64,000 nucleotides of DNA from Chitinophagales bacterium (GTDB lineage: Bacteria; Bacteroidota; Bacteroidia; Chitinophagales; BACL12), in assembly GCA_041751015.1 (NCBI GenBank), contig JBGSYF010000029.1:64476-128475 (forward strand), read 5' to 3'. The notes under the pieces were generated by a model, which saw only the letters and a list, made by a program, of their open reading frames with translations, was not told the DNA's origin and did not search any database. Both the position numbers and the translations under genes were made by a program. Below are positions 56,215-64,000 of this stretch, piece after piece. Numbering within the stretch: the first letter of the stretch is position 1; every line of letters starts with the position of its first letter.

Positions 56215-57201
56215 TTAGCGTATCAGCGGAATTCTGCGGGATCCGATCTCCTGACCGCGCTCGTCCGTCACTCGGATCAGATAAGAGCCTGCGGAAAGAT
56301 CGCTGAAGGATACGGCCGTCGAGCTGATTTCGCCATGTCCCGTGGAATACAGTTCCTGATTTCGGAGCATCTGGCCCGTCGCGCTGTAAAGTCCAAGGCG
56401 GTAAGCACCCATAGGTACACCACTTAATTCCACTCGGAGCTCGTCCGTCACGGGTACCGGAAACATAACGAGCGATGCGTTGATGGAAGGGCTGCTATTG
56501 ATGCTGGTGGGTGCCAGACTGCTGAAGGTCATGTCATCAAGAACCAATCGGCTTCCATTTTCGTATGAACCAAAATATGATTCGTTACGCACGCCGGAGT
56601 AGATGGCAATTCGTATTCTGTCTGGATTGTCATTGACGAAGTAGTTCAATTCAATGCGCAAGGGCGCAAAATTTGGTGTGAGATCTGCGCTTTGATAATC
56701 GCCAAGAGCCACAATCTGCTTACCGCCTTCAGGCAAGCTTCTGGACAATTCAACAACGATGCGGAAGGTGTCCTCCAATACCGGAAAGTATTTGTAGTAG
56801 GTCAGCAGGCTTTCCGGACGCTCCGAAAATGCGAGACCGGGAGTGACCACAGATAGATCAAAAGGATTGACATACAAATCGCCTAAAACGGCCATGCCCG
56901 GCACTAAAAAACAGATGTTCGAGTCTTCATTGCAGAATTTCTGGGTTTGTGCCTGCATGGCAAACAAACCTTCGAGATTGCTCTCTACCCGGGTAATGGT
57001 GAAATTCGTGTAGCCTAAAAGATGATGGATCTCGTTGAGCGAGGACCATTTCAACGGATTTTCGTACAGGGTATCCGAACCCTCCCAGATTTCAAAGTTT
57101 CCAAAGGGGATTTGTAATTGAGCATTGCATGGAATAAAACTGCTTAGCCACACATACGTAGCCAGAATGATAGGTCGCAACATAAATGAGAGTTTGTGCA
57201 C
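56215..57201 (-). CDS. Hypothetical secreted protein with T9SS C-terminal sorting domain
   Basis: 328 aa with a GTG start (alternative ATG at 57183). Signal peptide, then C-terminal 'LVMFPVPVTDELRVEL...GSYLIRVTDERGQ'. The N-terminal 'FGNFEIWEGS...PLKWSSLN' may be a PCMD-like domain, tentatively. Confidence 0.7.
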   Translation of the reverse strand: MHKLSFMLRPIILATYVWLSSFIPCNAQLQIPFGNFEIWEGSDTLYENPLKWSSLNEIHHLLGYTNFTITRVESNLEGLFAMQAQTQKFCNEDSNICFLVPGMAVLGDLYVNPFDLSVVTPGLAFSERPESLLTYYKYFPVLEDTFRIVVELSRSLPEGGKQIVALGDYQSADLTPNFAPLRIELNYFVNDNPDRIRIAIYSGVRNESYFGSYENGSRLVLDDMTFSSLAPTSINSSPSINASLVMFPVPVTDELRVELSGVPMGAYRLGLYSATGQMLRNQELYSTGHGEISSTAVSFSDLSAGSYLIRVTDERGQEIGSRRIPLIR

Positions 57202-57433
57202 TTCTCGTGCAAGTTTTTACGTAACAATGACCTCCCTTGTTGCATGTTGATTGTCAGACCCGTAACAATTTTGCTTACACAAATTACGACTGAATCTTTC
57301 ATTATACAATCACTATTCTCGATATTTCTTTGACTTTCAACAGGTTAAACCAATAATTATGCCAAAGGTTCAGTGTGTTAGTATCGAAAAATCCATATCC
57401 CGACACGCTTAATAATAAAGTGTGAAAAATTGA

Positions 57434-58765
57434 TCACGAACCGATCAGCAAGGCCGCAATAGCTGCGGTCATCAGGCAGGCCAGGGTACCTCCAAAAAGA
57501 GAGAGTAAGCCCAATCGGGCCAGGGTGCCCTGTTGCCCCGGAGCCAGGGCTGATATACCTCCAATCTGAATACCGATGGAGGCGAAATTGGCAAATCCGC
57601 ACAACGCATAGGTGGCAATCACCACAGAGCGATCGCTGCTCAGGGCCCCGCTGGCTTTCAGATCGCCGAGGGTAGCGTAGGCAAAGAACTCATTGAGTAT
57701 GGTCTTTTCACCCAAAACCTGTCCGACCAGTCTCAGGTCGGCAGGATGCGCTCCCAGCAGCCAGGCCACAGGCGAGAACATCATTCCCAACAAATACTGG
57801 AGAGTGAGCCCTGAGTACTGCCCGGAGCGGGAAATGCCCTCATTCAAACCCGACCAATCTCCGATCCAGAGCAGGAGCCCGTTGATCAGGTACATAAATG
57901 CGGTAAAGGTCAGCAGCATTGCCCCCACATTCACCGCCAGTCTAAGACCGTCGCGGGTTCCAACGGAGATAGCCTCAAGCAGATTAGCCCCCATCTTCTC
58001 TTTGGGGATGCTCAACGACCGGTTGGGCTTACTGCCGGGCTCCTCGGGAACCAACAACTTGGCCGCCACAATAGCCGCCGGAGCGGACATGATCGATGCG
58101 GACAGGAGATGGGTGGCAAAGCGGGCTCTTTCTACCGGATCGTCACCTCCGAGTATGGCCACATAAGCCCCGAAAACACCACCCGCAATTGTGGCCATAC
58201 CCCCGGTCATCAGGCACATGATCTCAGAAACCGACATTTTCTCCAGGTAGGGCTTGACCACCAAAGGAGCCTCGGTCTGTCCGATGAAGACATTGGCCGC
58301 TGCCGCAAGACTCTCCGCTCCAGAAAGCTGCATGGTCCGGCTCATGAGCCAGGCAAAGGCTTGCACCACCAATTGCAGCAGGCCCAAGTAGTACAAGGCC
58401 GCTGAAAAGGCGGAAAAGAAGAGTATAGTCGGCAGTACTTTGAACGCGAAGATGAACCCGATGCGGGAAAAGCTCATCTGCCCGTCGGGATCCATACCGC
58501 TGCCTACCCAGACATCGCCAGGCCATTGACCCAGCACAAATTCCGCACCCTTGTCGGAGTAGCTCAGCAGCATCGTGAAGCCATCGGCAACGGCCTCAAA
58601 GACGTCTTTGACCCCATCCACCCGAAGCACCAAAACCGCAATGACCACCTGGAACAGAATGCCACTGATGACCAGTCTCCAGTTGATGGCCTGGCGATTG
58701 CGCGAGAAAACCCAGGCCAGGGCAATGAATGTTGCAAGGCCGAGCAGAGGTCTGAAATAGTCCAT
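57434..58765 (-). CDS. nupC: NupC/CNT-family nucleoside transporter
   Basis: 443-aa polytopic protein. 'INWRLVISGILFQVVIAVLVLR', 'NVFIGQTEAPL' and 'GFANFASIGIQIGG'. Confidence 0.88.
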   Translation of the reverse strand: MDYFRPLLGLATFIALAWVFSRNRQAINWRLVISGILFQVVIAVLVLRVDGVKDVFEAVADGFTMLLSYSDKGAEFVLGQWPGDVWVGSGMDPDGQMSFSRIGFIFAFKVLPTILFFSAFSAALYYLGLLQLVVQAFAWLMSRTMQLSGAESLAAAANVFIGQTEAPLVVKPYLEKMSVSEIMCLMTGGMATIAGGVFGAYVAILGGDDPVERARFATHLLSASIMSAPAAIVAAKLLVPEEPGSKPNRSLSIPKEKMGANLLEAISVGTRDGLRLAVNVGAMLLTFTAFMYLINGLLLWIGDWSGLNEGISRSGQYSGLTLQYLLGMMFSPVAWLLGAHPADLRLVGQVLGEKTILNEFFAYATLGDLKASGALSSDRSVVIATYALCGFANFASIGIQIGGISALAPGQQGTLARLGLLSLFGGTLACLMTAAIAALLIGS

Positions 58766-58781
58766 TAGCGTGCCGCTAATA

Positions 58782-59405
58782 TCAGGAATTTTCCCGCTTG
58801 CGCTTATCCAGCTCGTCGCGGATCCTTATGGCGCGCTCGTAGTCTTCCTTTTCCAGCAATTCCTTGAGCTTGTCGTTGAGTTCCTGCAGGGAAAATTCGG
58901 ATAAGGGAGCAGAAGAGCTGCGTTCCGAACGGCCTTCCACCTTGGGGCTCAGGGCCTCAGAGCTCTCCTGAGCGCTCGAAGAATCATCGTCTTCCAGGAT
59001 GATAGCCGCCTGCTCCAGAATGAAATCGTAGGTATAAATGGGACAATTGAAACGCACAGCGAGGGCCAGGGCATCCGAGGTGCGGGAATCAATCTCAATC
59101 TCCCGACCCGCGCTGACGCAGACGAGCTTGGAGTAGAAAATCCCGTCCTGCAGATTGTCGATCACCACTTCGCGCAACTCCAGGCTGATCATATCAAAGA
59201 TGTTGCGAACCAAATCGTGGGTAAGCGGCCTGGTGGGCGTGATCTTCTCAATAGCCACAGCGATGGCTTGTGCTTCTGAGGCCCCGATAACGATGGGCAA
59301 TTTCCTGCGAGGTCTGCCGGCGAGCTCGCCAAGCACCACTGCGTAGGACTGTGATTGGGAGACGCTGTGCGACAAGGCAACAATCTCCATTTTGATTTTC
59401 TGCAT
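58782..59405 (-). CDS. Bifunctional nuclease (DUF151/BFN) family protein with C-terminal UVR motif
   Basis: 207 aa. 'LPIVIGASEAQAIAVAIEKITPTRPLTHDL' and the UVR-like 'EDYERAIRIRDELDKR'. Confidence 0.8.
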   Translation of the reverse strand: MQKIKMEIVALSHSVSQSQSYAVVLGELAGRPRRKLPIVIGASEAQAIAVAIEKITPTRPLTHDLVRNIFDMISLELREVVIDNLQDGIFYSKLVCVSAGREIEIDSRTSDALALAVRFNCPIYTYDFILEQAAIILEDDDSSSAQESSEALSPKVEGRSERSSSAPLSEFSLQELNDKLKELLEKEDYERAIRIRDELDKRKRENS

Positions 59406-59421
59406 TCCCCTGGGCTAAGGC

Positions 59422-60396
59422 TTACGAATTCTTGAAGCGGCGAATAGCTTCGGTCAATTTGGGCACCACTTCAAAAGCATCTCCGACCACACCGTAATCC
59501 GCCGCCTTAAAGAAGGGCGCTTCTGCATCTTTATTGATCACCACGATGGTTTTACTCTGATTCACACCGGCCAGGTGCTGAATCGCACCGGAAATGCCTA
59601 CTGCAATATACAAATTCGGTTTAATGGCCACACCCGTCTGCCCGACATGCTCGTGGTGAGGGCGCCATCCCGTATCGGCCACCGGTCGGCTGCACGCAGT
59701 TGTGGCACCCAGGGAATCGGCCAGGTCCTCAATCATACCCCAGTTCTCCGGCCCCTTCATGCCCCGGCCGGCGGAGACCACCAATTCGGCTTCGGGAAGC
59801 GGTACGGCACCTGTGGACACCATGTCCCGGCTGCTCAACTCGGCATCAAAATCGCTGTCCTGCAAGCTGCCGCTAAACTTCTCCACCGTTGCAGAGCCCG
59901 CAGCGCTCTGCGGCTTGAGGCTGTTGGGATTGACCGACAGCACCTTAATCTCTGACTCCACCGCAACATGGGCATAGGCCTTTCCCGAGAAAACGGGCTT
60001 GCGCACGCTAAAACCGTTGGAGGTATCTGGAAGGGCCGTCACGCCCGGCACCAGACCCGCTTCGAGTCTCACCGCGATGCGGCCAGCCAGCGCTTTGCCA
60101 TTGGCACTGTGGGATAGCACCACCACCTGAGCCGAATTTTCCGAAGCGGCGGCGGCAATCAGCCGGGAAAAAGCCCTGGACTGAAATTGCGACAGACGGG
60201 CTTCATCGGCATGCAGCACTTTCTCCACACCATACTGACCCAAAGCCTCCAGATCGGCCTGCTCAGCAGGACCAATCGTCAGTGCTACAGCCTTGGTCTG
60301 CAACTGTGCCGCCAGTTGCGCGGCGTAATAGACCACCTCCAGGGTGCTCTTCTTGGGTTTTCCATCAATGAATTCGGCGTAAACCAGAACAGACAT
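59422..60396 (-). CDS. etfA: Electron transfer flavoprotein subunit alpha
   Basis: 324 aa. FAD-binding C-terminal domain 'QVGQTGVAIKPNLYIAVGISGAIQHLAG'. Confidence 0.93.
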   Translation of the reverse strand: MSVLVYAEFIDGKPKKSTLEVVYYAAQLAAQLQTKAVALTIGPAEQADLEALGQYGVEKVLHADEARLSQFQSRAFSRLIAAAASENSAQVVVLSHSANGKALAGRIAVRLEAGLVPGVTALPDTSNGFSVRKPVFSGKAYAHVAVESEIKVLSVNPNSLKPQSAAGSATVEKFSGSLQDSDFDAELSSRDMVSTGAVPLPEAELVVSAGRGMKGPENWGMIEDLADSLGATTACSRPVADTGWRPHHEHVGQTGVAIKPNLYIAVGISGAIQHLAGVNQSKTIVVINKDAEAPFFKAADYGVVGDAFEVVPKLTEAIRRFKNS

Positions 60397-60433
60397 TGCA
60401 AAAATTTAAGGGGATCAGAGAAATGGAAAGAAT

Positions 60434-61174
60434 TCAGATGGCCTTGGCCTCTTCGTGCAGAAGGCGCACCAACTCCTCCATGTTGTCCGGGCTGACCAGC
60501 TTGACCTGCCCTTTTTCAGGGGGAAGTTCATAGTGGAGCACACGGGTGGGTGCGGCGACTTCCGCCGCGGGAACCACGGTCAGGGGCTTGCTTTTGCTCA
60601 TCATGATGCCCCGCATATTGGGAATGCGCGCTTCGGCCATTCCCTTCTGAGCACTGGCCACAAAAGGCATGTTGAGCTTGAGCACTTCCTTGCCGCCCTC
60701 AATATCGCGGGTGAGTGTGGCACTCTGCCCTTCCACCTGCAAATCAGAAGCCAGGCTGATATAGGGCAGATCCAGCAATTCGGCCAGCATTCCGCCGAGA
60801 ACCGAACCGTTGTATTCAATCGTCTCCTTGCCCAGCAAAATCATATCATAGGATCCAGCTTTGGCCTGTTCGGCGATCTGACGGGCCACGTACATCGCAT
60901 CTGCCGGATCGGCATCCACGCGAATGGCTTTGTCTGCACCGATGGCCAGGGCTTTGCGGATGATCTGCTCATTGTCCTGACGGCCAACATTGATCACTGT
61001 AACTTCACCGCCCCCGGCTTCGCGAATCTCCACCGCTCTGACGAGCGCATACCACTCATCATAGGGATTGATGATGAACTGCACACCGCTTTCGTTGAAC
61101 CTGGTGTTGTTGTCGGTAAAGCTGATTTTGCTGGTGGTATCCGGAACTTTACTGATGCAAACAAGGATATTCAT
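60434..61174 (-). CDS. etfB: Electron transfer flavoprotein subunit beta
   Basis: ORF 60434-61618 trimmed to ATG 61174 ('MNILVCISKVPDTTSKI'), 246 aa. 'NPYDEWYALVRAVE' and 'DMILLGKETIEYNG'. Confidence 0.93.
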   Translation of the reverse strand: MNILVCISKVPDTTSKISFTDNNTRFNESGVQFIINPYDEWYALVRAVEIREAGGGEVTVINVGRQDNEQIIRKALAIGADKAIRVDADPADAMYVARQIAEQAKAGSYDMILLGKETIEYNGSVLGGMLAELLDLPYISLASDLQVEGQSATLTRDIEGGKEVLKLNMPFVASAQKGMAEARIPNMRGIMMSKSKPLTVVPAAEVAAPTRVLHYELPPEKGQVKLVSPDNMEELVRLLHEEAKAI

Positions 61175-61339
61175 AACAAGTATTTCGAATGGGTTTTGGG
61201 CTTCGATCCGACCGCTGCTTTTCCGGGGATCGACAGGCTTGTTAAAGGCTCTGAAAATGCGGCAATTGCCTGAAAACCAAAGCAAAGCCCTTTGCGAATT
61301 TTCGCGTGGCGAATATACGGATAAACAGCAATTCCGGCG

Positions 61340-61681
61340 ATGAAAGAGCTGACCCCCGATTCCCAAATGGAGCGTCTCAGACAACTGGATGCCTTCATCC
61401 GTCAAAGGCCAGACGATCCCTTTTTGCACTATGCCCGCATGCTTGAACTCATGCGTCTCGAACGGCCTGAAGAGGCTGAACAGGCCATTGAGTACATGCT
61501 CAGCCGGCATGCGGACTATCTGGGCACCTATTACCCGTTGGCGCGCTATTATCTTCAAGGGGGAAGGGCGGATGAAGCCCGGGGCATACTGGACAAGGGT
61601 CTTGAACTGGCCCTTCAACAGAGGGACAGCAAAACTGCTGCGGAGATTCGCGCCCTGCGCGAAGAGCTGGATGAGGCATAG
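61340..61681 (+). CDS. Small TPR-like helical protein
   Basis: 113 aa. Two or three TPR-like helix pairs ('DPFLHYARMLELMRLERPEEAEQAIEYML', 'YYPLARYYLQGGRADEARGILDKGLELA'). Confidence 0.65.
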   Translation: MKELTPDSQMERLRQLDAFIRQRPDDPFLHYARMLELMRLERPEEAEQAIEYMLSRHADYLGTYYPLARYYLQGGRADEARGILDKGLELALQQRDSKTAAEIRALREELDEA

Positions 61682-61696
61682 GTTAATGGCTTATGT

Positions 61697-61788
61697 GCAC
61701 TTTGCCTTACCAGACTGGATGAAACCTAGGTCAGCGGCTTACCTGCGCTTTACCATACCAGACTGGATGAAGCATGCCTGAGCGGCTT
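61697..61788. repeat. Tandem direct repeat, period 48 bp, two good copies (a third degenerate copy runs to ~61835), each with a CCAGACTGG palindrome
   Basis: Copy 1 is gcactttgccttaccagactggatgaaacctaggtcagcggctt (61697-61740). Copy 2 is gcgctttaccataccagactggatgaagcatgcctgagcggctt (61745-61788). Confidence 0.85.
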
Positions 61789-61790
61789 CC

Positions 61791-63206
61791 TTGCCATTGC
61801 CATATACCGGATTGTTCATCAATAGCAGCGAAATTTGCCGGGTGTCCCCCTCCTCTCCTGTTGATTTAAAAGCCCGCTTTGAGCAGTTCCTGCGCGAGAC
61901 GTGCAAGATCGCTGCGGGAAGAAAAGTACTGCTGGCCTGCAGCGGAGGACCGGATTCGGTGGTGCTCGGTGAACTGCTTTGTAGCATCGGACAGCCCTTC
62001 GACATAGCGCATATTCAATACCATTTGCGGGGTCAGGATTCACTGGACGATGAAGCGCTGGTGCAAGCCTGCAGCCTGCGCTGGAACGCAGCCTTTTACC
62101 GGGTGGAGATGGAACTGAAGAATGCCCCAAATCCCGAAGGCGCTTCTCTGCAGATGTTGGCGCGGCAAATGCGTTATGACTGGCTCGAAGAGTGTCGCAT
62201 CCAGTGCGGAGCGCATTTCATTGCCACGGCCCACCACGCCGACGATGCTGCCGAAACCCTGCTCATGCGTCTGATGGACGGCGCGGGATTCAGGGGTTTG
62301 CGGGGCATCAAAGCAACAAGAGACAAGCTGATCAGACCCCTGCTATTTGCCCGAAAGACTGAACTGATGGACTACGCGCAGGCCCAGGGCATAGCCTGGC
62401 GTCTTGATCGCAGCAACACCAGTGCAGATTACCGGCGCAACCGGGTTCGCAATGAGCTCATTCCCGCGGCGGAGCACATCAAAGAGGGCGCTGCTCAGGG
62501 CATCATTCGCTCTGCCGAACAGCTCAGACAGGCCGAAGCCATCTATGAACAGGGATTGCAAAGACTTCGCCGTCAATTGTTCAGAACGCAAGATGAACAG
62601 CGCTTCATTCCCATCAGAGGCTTGCTGAACAGCGGAGCGGCTCCCCTCCTTCTGAGGGAATGGCTCTTACCTCTGGGCTTTACGGCCGCTCAGTGCGATG
62701 AGATTGTACAGAAGATCAACGCACAAACCGGTGCGCATTGGCAAAGTCCACTGGGCATGCTCTACCGCGATAGAAAGCGCCTGATCTGGGCCCCAAAGGA
62801 TGATACGGCCAAAGATTCCAAGCTTGATCAATTACCTGTTTTCATTGAAAAAGCGCCCTCGGTCATAAAACTTGAAGATCTGCGTTTGGAATTTAACATT
62901 ATTGATAAAATTTATATAAAAAATATAAATTTAAATAAAGGTGTTCTTTTAAATGCGCAGAGTTTGGAGTGGCCACTGCTCTTGCGACCCTGGCAGGCCG
63001 GTGACTATTTCTACCCGGAAAGCTCCGGTAAGAAACGCAAGCTTAAACGCTTTCTAACTGATGTCAAGCTGGCCCCCCACCTGCGTGACCGACAACTGGT
63101 ATTGCTGAGTGGGCAACATATCATTTGGGTATTGGGCTTGAGTGCCGATGCACGCTTCATGCGCATAAAGGGCTGCAAGAGTCTGCTCAAGATCTCTTTG
63201 ACTTGA
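61791..63206 (+). CDS. tilS: tRNA(Ile)-lysidine synthase
   Basis: PP-loop 'LLACSGGPDSVVL' and C-terminal TilS domain 'LRPWQAGDYFYPESSGKKRKLKRFLTDVKLAPHLRDR'. The start is uncertain: TTG 61791 lies inside the degenerate repeat copy, so GTG 61842 is plausible. Confidence 0.85.
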   Translation: MPLPYTGLFINSSEICRVSPSSPVDLKARFEQFLRETCKIAAGRKVLLACSGGPDSVVLGELLCSIGQPFDIAHIQYHLRGQDSLDDEALVQACSLRWNAAFYRVEMELKNAPNPEGASLQMLARQMRYDWLEECRIQCGAHFIATAHHADDAAETLLMRLMDGAGFRGLRGIKATRDKLIRPLLFARKTELMDYAQAQGIAWRLDRSNTSADYRRNRVRNELIPAAEHIKEGAAQGIIRSAEQLRQAEAIYEQGLQRLRRQLFRTQDEQRFIPIRGLLNSGAAPLLLREWLLPLGFTAAQCDEIVQKINAQTGAHWQSPLGMLYRDRKRLIWAPKDDTAKDSKLDQLPVFIEKAPSVIKLEDLRLEFNIIDKIYIKNINLNKGVLLNAQSLEWPLLLRPWQAGDYFYPESSGKKRKLKRFLTDVKLAPHLRDRQLVLLSGQHIIWVLGLSADARFMRIKGCKSLLKISLT

Positions 63207-63247
63207 GAGTGGAGCGCTATGCAGGAACGCTATGTAGGAACTGAGGG

Positions 63248-64000
63248 CTACTCCACAACAACCCGGCGTTGAATTGGTGCGGCCTGTTCTGGCATGACCT
63301 GAAGGATGTACAAGCCTGGAAGTTCAGGAGCTGGTATGCGGGTAGAATAACCTATGGTATGGAGTTGACCGGCAGCATCCTGCTTGCCATCGGCGCTGAA
63401 CCACTGCCATTTCACATCACCATGAGCACCCGCCGGAAAATCCAGGTTCAGGTCTGTACCGGCTAAAACCGGATTGGGATATAGCGTAAAAGACCATTCA
63501 TCTACCGGATCGCCCAGGCCGCTGATCGGTGAGCTATCACTCTCACCGGTCTTAAACTGGGAAACTGCGGAGTAAGGCTCGCAGAGATTTCCTTCAAAGA
63601 GTGGCTTGACTTTCCAGTAGAACTGGCGGTTGGGTATCAGGCGCAAAGAGCTAAAGCTGGTGTCCAGAGTGGTGTATTCCTCCGCTATTGCAGTAAATAT
63701 TGAAGTATATGAAATAGCTACATGATATCCAACAGCACCCGGCACCTTTGACCATCTGAAACGCTGTCCGCGAGGAGCCACCAGTTCTGCTCCATCGGGA
63801 GGCAGCAAAAGGCGAATAGAGTCATAGGACTCGGGAAAGTAAGGGGTGATGTCTCCTTTGAGTGAACTGCGGGGGCCATTGAGATTGGCGCGCATAGCCG
63901 CCTGTTGCTGAGCACTGAAACGCGCTAAACAAGAATTGCCGGCGTAGGACATATAGAAACTGTCGGTGACCGTAAACTCCACCCCTGCCGGATCGGTGAA
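63248..64000 (-). CDS. Secreted protein with T9SS C-terminal domain, 5' end outside window (possible M43-type metallopeptidase C-terminal part)
   Basis: The frame is open to the window edge (...FTDPAGVEFTVTDSFYMSYAGNSCLARFSAQQQAAMRANL...). That segment resembles the 'MDY...C...FT.GQ..RM' region of M43 peptidases. CTD 'FTLYPNPVLAGTDLNLDF'. Confidence 0.7.
   Translation of the reverse strand, partial: FTDPAGVEFTVTDSFYMSYAGNSCLARFSAQQQAAMRANLNGPRSSLKGDITPYFPESYDSIRLLLPPDGAELVAPRGQRFRWSKVPGAVGYHVAISYTSIFTAIAEEYTTLDTSFSSLRLIPNRQFYWKVKPLFEGNLCEPYSAVSQFKTGESDSSPISGLGDPVDEWSFTLYPNPVLAGTDLNLDFPAGAHGDVKWQWFSADGKQDAAGQLHTIGYSTRIPAPELPGLYILQVMPEQAAPIQRRVVVE

Noticed and set aside
61697-61840. Possible CRISPR array or minisatellite
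   Set aside because: There are only two good copies plus one degenerate copy. The copies are contiguous with no unique spacers, and there are no cas genes in the window. It is kept as a regulatory or repeat finding instead.

Overview
This is a 64-kb chromosomal segment, mid-50s % GC by eye, from a Bacteroidota-type bacterium. Three observations support that placement: five proteins end in T9SS C-terminal sorting domains, start codons such as those of dnaK and hsp20 lack Shine-Dalgarno leaders, and TAnnTTTG -7 boxes sit upstream of several genes. Coding density is high, with about 50 protein genes and one tRNA operon (Lys-UUU, Leu-CAG, Leu-GAG). Most genes are housekeeping: TPR histidine kinase, hemB, cysS, a Fur-family regulator, mog, pbpC, mrp plus a NifU-like gene, pyrF, dapD, the CCA-adding enzyme, miaA, hsp20, an arginine decarboxylase divergent from argS, 3-hydroxybutyryl-CoA dehydrogenase, panB, dnaK, an etfB-etfA-bifunctional nuclease-nupC operon, and tilS. 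I saw no rRNA, CRISPR array, transposase, integrase, phage gene or recognisable defence gene. The main accessory region is a 14.8-kb array (32405-47160, minus strand) of three giant paralogous T9SS cargo proteins. They are built from alternating CARDB-like Ig modules and MAM-like jelly-roll modules, and the middle gene carries a five-fold ~870-nt super-repeat. Other points worth a second look: (1) an MFS transporter gene whose N-terminal 69 codons are cut off by one extra T in a T7 tract; (2) a decaying 48-bp tandem repeat with a CCAGACTGG palindrome upstream of tilS; (3) pbpC paired with a nine-repeat secreted protein instead of an alpha-2-macroglobulin; (4) a CRTAC1/ASPIC protein followed by two paralogous DUF4249-like lipoproteins; (5) short, extremely AT-rich rare-codon islands inside otherwise GC-rich genes. 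Domain calls rest on motif recognition by eye. No searches were run, so domain boundaries are approximate.
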